A DNA stretch of 64,000 bases from Candidatus Enterousia sp. GTDB taxonomy: Bacteria > Pseudomonadota > Alphaproteobacteria > Rs-D84. The notes beneath the pieces were generated by a model that was not told the DNA's origin, made no database searches, and saw nothing but the letters and a program-made list of their open reading frames with translations. Every line of letters starts with the position of its first letter. Position 1 is the first letter of the stretch. Where the stretch lies: NCBI GenBank assembly GCA_045646625.1, contig JAZRLB010000019.1, forward strand, positions 13,396 through 77,395, in the 5' to 3' direction. The position numbers and the translations under genes are program-made. This document shows positions 1 to 7,211 of the stretch, piece by piece.

Positions 1-263
1 TTTCCACCCAACAGCAACTCCGTAAAAGACTCGTTCTCTAAAATATCAGGCATAGGACCAGTTGTTGCAGTTTCATTTTCCCAACTCAACAAATTCAAAT
101 CCAGGCGACCACCGATGTACCATTTACCAACTTCGGCACGGTCCGTATAATCATACGTCACCTTATACCCACCATCTGGATTACGCTGCAAATAATTAGG
201 TGCCGCATTCGCCGCAGTTGCTGTTAACGCCACCAACCCCATAATAGATACTATTTTTTTCAT
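1..263 (-). CDS. Outer-membrane beta-barrel protein, N-terminal part only (gene runs off window start)
   Basis: Complement of 261-263 is ATG with upstream GGGAGGA. Hand translation MKKIVSIMGLVALTATAANA/APNYLQRNPDGGYKVTYDY..GKWYIGGRLDLNLLSWENE shows a Sec signal peptide followed by porin-like strands. Absent from the ORF track because it is truncated. Confidence 0.6.
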   Translation of the reverse strand, partial: MKKIVSIMGLVALTATAANAAPNYLQRNPDGGYKVTYDYTDRAEVGKWYIGGRLDLNLLSWENETATTGPMPDILENESFTELLLGG

Positions 264-397
264 GATAATTCCTCCCAATTTTTCCTATAGTATATCACAA
301 AACTCGTACACTTCCCAAGCACAAAAATCAACAGTTGACTTTTTTTTACAAAATTTGCTAAATTTTTATCATCTAAACAAGACAAGAAAGGATTTAT

Positions 398-799
398 ATG
401 ATGAAAAAATACTTATTAATCTTTGCTGCCCTGGCTATTACTGCTTGCACACACACACCATCAGACATTAACGGCGACCAAGTATTCTTCGCCTTTGATT
501 CCGCAGAAATTTCCAACGATGCACGTGACGCATTGGAATCCCAGGCCCTGTATATGAAAAAGAACCCAGACACCACCATCGTAATCGAAGGTCACTGCGA
601 CGAACGCGGTTCAACCGAATACAATCTGGCACTGGGCGCACTGCGCGCTGGCAATGCCGCACACGTCATTATCCAAGATGGTGTTGAATCAGAACGTATC
701 AAAACCGTTTCATACGGCAAAGAAAACCCAAGCTATCCGGGCAGCGGCGAAGAAGTCTGGCAAAAGAATCGTAACGCCACAACCCGTGTAAAAAATTAA
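398..799 (+). CDS. pal: Peptidoglycan-associated lipoprotein Pal (OmpA-family C-terminal domain)
   Basis: Lipobox LAITAC. OmpA-like motifs FAFDSAEIS, IEGHCDERGSTEYNLALGALRA, VSYGKE. Confidence 0.9.
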   Translation: MMKKYLLIFAALAITACTHTPSDINGDQVFFAFDSAEISNDARDALESQALYMKKNPDTTIVIEGHCDERGSTEYNLALGALRAGNAAHVIIQDGVESERIKTVSYGKENPSYPGSGEEVWQKNRNATTRVKN

Positions 800-822
800 T
801 AAAAAAAAGCAAACAAACAAAC

Positions 823-848
823 AAAAATCCCCACAACGGGGATTTTTT
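823..848 (+). terminator. Intrinsic terminator after pal
   Basis: AAAAATCCCC-acaac-GGGGATTTTTT hairpin plus T-run. Confidence 0.75.
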
Positions 849-870
849 AGACTTATATTTTTAACCGAAC

Positions 871-901
871 AAAAAAAATCCCCCAAACGGGGGTATTTTT
901 T
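871..901 (-). terminator. Intrinsic terminator at rplY 3' end
   Basis: AAAAAAAATCCCCC-aaac-GGGGGTATTTTT. Read on the minus strand it sits at the rplY stop. Confidence 0.7.
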
Positions 902-1514
902 ATTTCTTGGACGCCGCCATTGCTGCTGCTTTGGCTTTTTCGTCTTCTTCCATTGGCATTTTACCACCAATAATCGCGAACGCCAATTCAGCCTGATGCA
1001 AGCCCAATTCTACACCTTCTGGCAAAACCAAGTCAGTACCGTGAACCACATCACCAATTGTCAATGTCGCCAAATCGATAATGATTTTTTCTGGGATAAC
1101 ATCAACCAAACCACGCAGCGCAACCTTACGCACTGCAAAGTTCAATGTACCACCCAATTTCAAGCCCTTAGATGTTTCAGCATTAATAACTTCAACCGGC
1201 ACAACCACGTTAACAGGCTTTTTAACATCGATACGTTTAAAGTCTGCGTGAATTGCCATATCGGTCACAGGATGATACTGAACATCCATCAGCATTGCAT
1301 CTTCTGTACCTGCGCTTGTTTTAATCTGGAACAATTTTGTCCGCAAACCTGGTGTTTTCAGCAACATTTCGAATTCACGACCGTTCAATTCAATTGCGAC
1401 TGGTTCTTTCTTTTCACCATAGATAACAGCAGGGACATTTTTATTATTGCGGATGCTACGTGCGGCCCCCTTGCCTGCTACGTTGCGAATTTCTGCATTT
1501 AAATTAATTGCCAT
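900..1514 (-). CDS. rplY: 50S ribosomal protein L25/general stress protein Ctc
   Basis: MAINLNAEIRNVAGKGAARSIR..VPAVIYG.. two-domain 204-aa L25/Ctc pattern. Confidence 0.9.
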   Translation of the reverse strand: MAINLNAEIRNVAGKGAARSIRNNKNVPAVIYGEKKEPVAIELNGREFEMLLKTPGLRTKLFQIKTSAGTEDAMLMDVQYHPVTDMAIHADFKRIDVKKPVNVVVPVEVINAETSKGLKLGGTLNFAVRKVALRGLVDVIPEKIIIDLATLTIGDVVHGTDLVLPEGVELGLHQAELAFAIIGGKMPMEEDEKAKAAAMAASKK

Positions 1515-1621
1515 TTTTAATCCTTTTGTAATAGCATTATTTTACATTTGCCCAGCCTCCAAGGGTGCTGCGCGACGCGCATTATTACCTAAAAAGCACG
1601 AAAAATCAAGAAAAAAATCAA

Positions 1622-2698
1622 TTATTTCCATACTGTCGGAATATCTGCATAGTCTGTCAAACCATTTGCCCGATAGTACATGTTATCAACCTGAGCTTTA
1701 CTTGCGTCTGGCCATATTTCATAAAGATAACGACCATATAAACGCGTAGAATAACCAGTTAAATTTGAACAACCTGCAAATGTATTCAAAAAAGTTTTGT
1801 CTGCTAAAGGGGCATCTGTATCAAGTCCAGAAAAAAGATTATCGGGGACCGTTTTTATTTTGGAATAATAGAATGTCCCCTTAAACATCTGAGGACCTGC
1901 CGCACCATATACATTATTAAATAATTCTAATGGCACGGTTTCAATATCTGCATCTTCAAATGTATATCCAAAATGCGGCTGTGAACCATCGTCTAATGTT
2001 GGAAAAACACAACCTAAACACCCTTCCACTTTTTTTAAATTTAACAAACAATATTCATCATACATAATATCGTATTCCATGCAACCATTGCTACCACTTA
2101 AATAGACAGTGCTGGTTGTTGAATTGTCATACTTTGTTGCACGCCCGCCAATCCTTATTGTGTATGTACCATTTGAAGCATAGGTATGACCAATAAATTC
2201 TTCGTTGGTCGTTGTTTTTTTTATTGTTTCTGTTTGCCCGTCCCCCCAGTCAATATAATAAGTCCCAGCAGCGGATATCATAAGCAAATAATCTTTTGGA
2301 CGAGAATAGCCACCAGCCGCCCCATAGCCATATTTTTGATACCAATGTGTCAGTGCCAACGAATATTCCGCCTCTGGCTTTTCTATCTTCTTAATCAAGG
2401 TGTCAATAGCCCGATCTGCGGCAACAGTGTCTGCTGCTACCAATGTCGCGAATTCTCCGTCACCATAGCCAGAAGTTTTTTCACCATTTAAAATTTGATT
2501 GGCAACATCAATCGTTGTTAATAAATATTTCATATTTGCAACAACTTGCGGATTAGTCAGCGCAAGATTTTTTGGGACGGAAATTTGCCATTTTTGCCTA
2601 ATTGCATTATGTATATATTCAACATTTACAACCTGGGCCGAATATGCCGGCACACACAGCAAAAATAACAAAAACGCCAATATCTTTTTCATATACAT
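1622..2698 (-). CDS. Secreted hypothetical protein with PKD-like motif and BspA-type leucine-rich-repeat-like C-terminus
   Basis: Signal peptide MKKILAFLLFLLCVPAYSA. PKD-like signature YIDWGDGQTE..GHTYASNGTYTIRIGG. C-terminal FxGCSNLTG-type repeats. Confidence 0.6.
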   Translation of the reverse strand: MYMKKILAFLLFLLCVPAYSAQVVNVEYIHNAIRQKWQISVPKNLALTNPQVVANMKYLLTTIDVANQILNGEKTSGYGDGEFATLVAADTVAADRAIDTLIKKIEKPEAEYSLALTHWYQKYGYGAAGGYSRPKDYLLMISAAGTYYIDWGDGQTETIKKTTTNEEFIGHTYASNGTYTIRIGGRATKYDNSTTSTVYLSGSNGCMEYDIMYDEYCLLNLKKVEGCLGCVFPTLDDGSQPHFGYTFEDADIETVPLELFNNVYGAAGPQMFKGTFYYSKIKTVPDNLFSGLDTDAPLADKTFLNTFAGCSNLTGYSTRLYGRYLYEIWPDASKAQVDNMYYRANGLTDYADIPTVWK

Positions 2699-2702
2699 TT
2701 AA

Positions 2703-3008
2703 TTATTCTGCGCTGGGCAATGGGGGCGTTGGAACAATCAACGTCCCAGACACAGTATATGTTCCTGCCATCGTTTGATTTGCTGTTTGTGCAGTGTCCA
2801 CCTTGGTTTCAACCTTAGTTTCCACATACTCGGCCGATGCGACAGATACTGCAAATGTCGCACACGGTATACAACCAGCAAAAAAGACCAATATCAAAGC
2901 CCTCAACCACAATCCCCCACAAAAAATTAAAACCGCAATAAAAAATAAAGCGGTTGGAGGTTCGAAACTATAAAACGGTATAGTGTGGCTATTCAATATA
3001 TTAACCAA
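2703..3008 (-). CDS. Small putative lipoprotein (true start probably internal, about 2906-2912)
   Basis: The ORF ends 5 nt before the start of 1622-2698. An internal TTG preceded by GGGGGA gives MRALILVFFAGC (lipobox). The 5' third of the ORF overlaps stacked hairpins. Confidence 0.4.
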   Translation of the reverse strand: MVNILNSHTIPFYSFEPPTALFFIAVLIFCGGLWLRALILVFFAGCIPCATFAVSVASAEYVETKVETKVDTAQTANQTMAGTYTVSGTLIVPTPPLPSAE

Positions 3009-3146
3009 CCCTCCAACCTCTCGGTTGGAGATTTTTCATCCAACAAGTCTGTTGGACGCCGTTTTCAAGGGTTTCGACACCCCGCCAATGACAAAACTTT
3101 GCCACCGACGTTTGCATATTACAAAAAAACACAAAATCAACGCAAG

Positions 3147-3710
3147 TTAATTCTTTTTTTGCAAAATCAGAAATCTGGCCCGACCATACGTTTTATCACG
3201 CAAAACATCCCAAACGCGTACATCTGGCTGAACTTCGTGGCCAACTTCCTGTTCCCAGATTAAAATGGCACCCGCCTGCACCACACGCCCAATTCGCGTC
3301 ACAAACGCCGCCCCCAGATTTTCATCCACATACGGCGGATCAACAAAAATCAGATCTGCCATCGCCCCATATTTATCCACGGCTGCAATTGCATCTGCCT
3401 GAACCACACTTGCGCGCACCCCGACATTCAACGCCGCCAAATTATCACGCACAGTCTTTATTGAAGTTGGCGCCACATCTGTAAAAACCACATTTGCCGC
3501 CGCATACCGCGACAGACACTCCAGCCCAAATGCCCCAGACCCTGCAAACGCATCCCACACAGACAACCTGCGCCCACCATCAACGATTCCCGATTCCATC
3601 ATATTAAACAGCGCAATCCGCGCTCTATTTTGTGTTGGACGCGCATTGGGTGGCAAACGCAACTTACGCCCCCGAAACATTCCTGAAATGATTTGCAATT
3701 TAGATTCCAT
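3147..3710 (-). CDS. rsmD: 16S rRNA (guanine966-N2)-methyltransferase RsmD
   Basis: IISGMFRGRKL..PTQNRARIALFNM, DAFAGSGAFGLE, FVDPPY motifs. Confidence 0.9.
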   Translation of the reverse strand: MESKLQIISGMFRGRKLRLPPNARPTQNRARIALFNMMESGIVDGGRRLSVWDAFAGSGAFGLECLSRYAAANVVFTDVAPTSIKTVRDNLAALNVGVRASVVQADAIAAVDKYGAMADLIFVDPPYVDENLGAAFVTRIGRVVQAGAILIWEQEVGHEVQPDVRVWDVLRDKTYGRARFLILQKKN

Positions 3711-3727
3711 ACGATAAAGTATAAATT

Positions 3728-4183
3728 ATGAAATTTATGAATCAAGCCTTTACTTGTGCCCGGCGTGCTTTTTCCCACGAAGACGTACCAATTGGTGCGG
3801 TGATTGTCCGCGACGGAAAAATCATTGCCCGCGGCGAAAATATGGTCCAACTGCGCAAAAGCCCAACTCTGCACGCAGAAATTGTTGCGATAAACCGCGC
3901 CTGCAAGAAACTGGGACAAAAATTTCTGGACGATTGCGACATTTACGTGACACTGGAACCGTGCGCAATGTGCGCAACGGCAATATCATTCGCCAGAATA
4001 AAAAACATTTACTTTGCGGCCACCGACCCCAAGGGTGGCGGCATAACATCCAACGCCCGCATTTTTGATACAGACAAACACCTGTGGAAACCGGCCGTTC
4101 AGCAAATTCCGGAATACTCGGCCCAGTCTGCTGAAATGCTGCGTGAATTTTTCCGTGCCCGCCGCGAAAAAAAATCTGAATAA
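3728..4183 (+). CDS. tadA: tRNA-specific adenosine deaminase TadA
   Basis: CDA zinc motifs HAE..(x)..PCAMCATAI. Typical 151-aa length. Confidence 0.92.
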   Translation: MKFMNQAFTCARRAFSHEDVPIGAVIVRDGKIIARGENMVQLRKSPTLHAEIVAINRACKKLGQKFLDDCDIYVTLEPCAMCATAISFARIKNIYFAATDPKGGGITSNARIFDTDKHLWKPAVQQIPEYSAQSAEMLREFFRARREKKSE

Positions 4184-4186
4184 CCG

Positions 4187-4206
4187 TCCCCAAATTGGGG
4201 ATTTTT
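4187..4206 (+). terminator. Intrinsic terminator after tadA
   Basis: TCCCC-aaatt-GGGGA followed by TTTTTATTT. Confidence 0.6.
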
Positions 4207-4244
4207 ATTTGACGATAAATTATTTTTCTATTATATTCTCAGGT

Positions 4245-5039
4245 ATGGAAGAAAAGACAGCAATATCATTCGCGAACGTAGCGGCACGCTATGACGGCAC
4301 ACCTGAAATACTAACTGACGTTTCCTTTAATATCAGTGGCGGTTCATTTTACTTTTTATCTGGGGCATCTGGCGCAGGCAAGACAACACTTCTTCGCCTT
4401 ATATACCAGCTGCACAAACCATCCCGCGGCCAGATTAAGTTATTTGGTCGTGTCACGAACGATATGACACGCGATGAAATAACCCAACTTCGCCAGAAAA
4501 TGGCCATTGTTTTTCAGTCGTATTCGCTGCTGTCACACCTATCAGTTTTTGACAATGTCGCCCTGCCCCTGCGGGTACGCGGGGTTTCTGAATCAAAAAT
4601 CACCAAACTGGTGACCAAGGTTTTAGATTGGGTTGGTCTGGGCAAATACGCGGACGCAGCCCCATTATCCTTGTCCGGCGGCCAGCAACAGCGTGTATCC
4701 GTTGCCCGCGCCATTATTGTCCAGCCATCGATATTATTGGCTGACGAGCCGACGGGCAACCTGGACGATGAAAACGCGTCACGCCTGATGGAATTGTTCA
4801 TCCAGATGAACAAGATGTTTGGCACAACTATCATATTGGCCACCCACAGTAAAAAGTTAATGGAAACATACAAATTCCCCGTAATCCAGGTTGAAAACCA
4901 ACATGTAAACTTCACGGGCAAAACACCCTCAAACGCCGCGAAACCCGATTCGGAGCCTAAACGTATTTGGCGCGGCCCCAAACCCCAGAATTACTTTAAC
5001 GAACTATCCAAACAATTTGACGACATCGGGAACGCCTAG
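4245..5039 (+). CDS. ftsE: Cell division ATP-binding protein FtsE (about 45-aa C-terminal extension)
   Basis: Walker [10 protein letters not shown], signature LSGGQQQRV, Walker [12 protein letters not shown]. The ATG at 4245 is in frame with ORF 4065-5039. The upstream part of that ORF overlaps tadA. Confidence 0.88.
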   Translation: MEEKTAISFANVAARYDGTPEILTDVSFNISGGSFYFLSGASGAGKTTLLRLIYQLHKPSRGQIKLFGRVTNDMTRDEITQLRQKMAIVFQSYSLLSHLSVFDNVALPLRVRGVSESKITKLVTKVLDWVGLGKYADAAPLSLSGGQQQRVSVARAIIVQPSILLADEPTGNLDDENASRLMELFIQMNKMFGTTIILATHSKKLMETYKFPVIQVENQHVNFTGKTPSNAAKPDSEPKRIWRGPKPQNYFNELSKQFDDIGNA

Positions 5040-5042
5040 ACT

Positions 5043-5879
5043 ATGAAGAAACCAACTGTATTTTCACTGGTACGTGAACAATCTATTTTTATGACTGCGA
5101 TAATGTCATTACTGACATTTTTATCTGTATTGGCGTTGGGCATAGCGCTGTCCATTGGGACTGGCGTAATGCGTTGGAACGCCCAGTGGGAATTATTTGC
5201 CACGATCCAGGTCACCAACCCTGACAACACCGCCGCGACGAAGCAAATTATTGCCAACAATTCCGCCCAGATAAAACAAATCAATGAAATCAGCACTGAA
5301 CAAATGACAGATTTGATGTCCCCGTGGATATCTGGCGGCGGCATATTAAAGGACTACCTGCCCAAAATGTGGGAGATCGAGTTTAAATCCACCGACGCAA
5401 TGTCATCTATTGGCGAACAGATATCAAAACACGCACGCTTTCTAACCCACGCATCCGCGTTAAAGTCTTCGACTGGCGCGGGATGGAAAATGATATTAAT
5501 GTCGTCCTTTATATTAGCATTAACATTGGGTGCAATTGGCTTTTGCATATCGTACATTGCGCGCAACACGGCAATGTTGCACCGTCGCGAGCTGGAAATT
5601 CTGAACCAAATTGGCGCATCTGACAACTTTGTTGCCCGCCAAATGCAGATTATCGTTGCCCGCATAAGTATATCTGCGACGACAATTGGTTTTATTGCTG
5701 CGACGCCGATTTTACTGTTGATAATATCAACCGCGCACAGTGCACGTGTTGGTTTAATGGCCACGCTGGGGTTATCAGGCGCGGGCTGGTTTACATTACT
5801 GTTGTTGCCCGTATTAATTGTTGTATTTTCGATATGGGTGACGCGCCGCACAACAATCAAGATATTACAGAATTCATAA
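5043..5879 (+). CDS. ftsX: Cell division permease-like protein FtsX
   Basis: Starts 4 nt after ftsE. Four predicted TM segments with a large periplasmic loop, which is the FtsX-like layout. Confidence 0.8.
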   Translation: MKKPTVFSLVREQSIFMTAIMSLLTFLSVLALGIALSIGTGVMRWNAQWELFATIQVTNPDNTAATKQIIANNSAQIKQINEISTEQMTDLMSPWISGGGILKDYLPKMWEIEFKSTDAMSSIGEQISKHARFLTHASALKSSTGAGWKMILMSSFILALTLGAIGFCISYIARNTAMLHRRELEILNQIGASDNFVARQMQIIVARISISATTIGFIAATPILLLIISTAHSARVGLMATLGLSGAGWFTLLLLPVLIVVFSIWVTRRTTIKILQNS

Positions 5880-5883
5880 TACT

Positions 5884-6399
5884 ATGCGCCGATTATTGAC
5901 CCCATCTTTTGTAATATTTTGTTGCTTTATAATTGGCGGTATGATTTTCAAGTCTGTTGCCCCAGTTCGTTGTGGCACAATTTTACCAAACGACAGCATT
6001 TTTGTCCTGACTGGCGACGAACGTCGCATACCATTTGCCATCCGCAAGATGCAGGAATTCCCAACGGCGGATTTATATATAATTGGCGCAGGCGCGAACG
6101 GTCACATTCCACTGTCACGTCCTGCTATAATCGAATCGGAATCCAAATCCACATATCAAAACGCATTGGTAATTCGTGCGATTGCGACGCACCGCAATCT
6201 GAAACGCATTGTTGTTATTACCACCGAAGATCACATAAACCGCGCCATATATTTAATCAAGAACGAACTGCCATCGGTTGAAATTATATCGTGCCCTGCG
6301 ACATTAACCGGTATGCCCCCTGCAAAAAGACTTGAAAGATGGGCCACCGAATATATAAAATACATTGCAACTATGTTCGGCATCAAAGAAAATTTTTAA
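5884..6399 (+). CDS. DUF218 (YdcF/ElyC-like) family protein
   Basis: VLTGDERR.., ESESKSTYQNA.., RIVVITTEDHINRA pattern typical of DUF218. Confidence 0.7.
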   Translation: MRRLLTPSFVIFCCFIIGGMIFKSVAPVRCGTILPNDSIFVLTGDERRIPFAIRKMQEFPTADLYIIGAGANGHIPLSRPAIIESESKSTYQNALVIRAIATHRNLKRIVVITTEDHINRAIYLIKNELPSVEIISCPATLTGMPPAKRLERWATEYIKYIATMFGIKENF

Positions 6400-6423
6400 A
6401 CACAAATCATCAAAGGGGAAAAA

Positions 6424-7131
6424 ATGTTCAGAACAATTACATTTAAAATCGCACTGGGGATATATTTTACATTATGGTCACCATTTTTATTAATCGGACT
6501 GGTTTCATCGAAACTGTCGCGCAAATTGGTCTATATGGACGCGGCGGGGGTATTGGTATTGGCGCGTCTGATTGCGGGCATAAAATACAGTGTACATTAT
6601 CCATCAGAATCTGAAAACGGGATACCGAACCTGCCCAACGGGAACAAACGCCTCGACGGCAAATCGATAATTGCGGCTAAACATATGTCAATATTGGAAA
6701 TTGCCGTTATATCCAAGGTTGTCCCCAACACATTTTTCATTTTAAAGCGTGAATTATTGTGGATACCGATTTATGGCTGGGCATTTTGGCGTTCTGGTAT
6801 GATTGGTGTCAATCGTGCCCGTGGCAAAACAAATATGAAGGAATTGGCCACCGCGGTTGAACATCGCGTACTGAATGGTTCAACATTGGTCATTTTCCCC
6901 GAAGGCACCCGTGCCAAACCGGGCGAACACATACCGTTAAAGCGCGGATTACTGTTATTGGCACACACATTAAAATTACCGATATTACCGGTTGGCACGG
7001 ACGCAGGCCTGTATTGGCCGAAACGCGGTCGTGTGCACCCAGGCACGGCGAATGTATGGTTTGAACCATTACTGCCCTGCAACGCATCATTGGACGAAAT
7101 ATCGGACGCGATAAACCGCCACAGCGCTTAA
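6424..7131 (+). CDS. plsC: 1-acyl-sn-glycerol-3-phosphate acyltransferase
   Basis: Acyltransferase blocks AAKHMSILE (HX4D/E) and IFPEGTR. Confidence 0.85.
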   Translation: MFRTITFKIALGIYFTLWSPFLLIGLVSSKLSRKLVYMDAAGVLVLARLIAGIKYSVHYPSESENGIPNLPNGNKRLDGKSIIAAKHMSILEIAVISKVVPNTFFILKRELLWIPIYGWAFWRSGMIGVNRARGKTNMKELATAVEHRVLNGSTLVIFPEGTRAKPGEHIPLKRGLLLLAHTLKLPILPVGTDAGLYWPKRGRVHPGTANVWFEPLLPCNASLDEISDAINRHSA

Positions 7132-7211
7132 ATTAACACTTGTAAAAAAGCATAAAATCTGATATTATAACAAACAATTAAATAAAAATTGCATAACCAC
7201 GGGGGGATTTT

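Noticed and set aside
2952-3036. Plus-strand riboswitch/attenuator reading of the GGTTGGAGG / CCTCCAACC / GGTTGGAG + T5 structure
   Set aside because: There is no plus-strand gene downstream, since the next 600 nt are the antisense of rsmD. The structure is more economically explained as the minus-strand rsmD terminator and 5' region of the lipoprotein operon. It is kept only as a low-interest finding.
4065-4244. N-terminal 60-aa extension of the FtsE ORF
   Set aside because: It overlaps the 3' end of tadA and its terminator in another frame. The FtsE homology begins at MEEKTAISF (ATG 4245).
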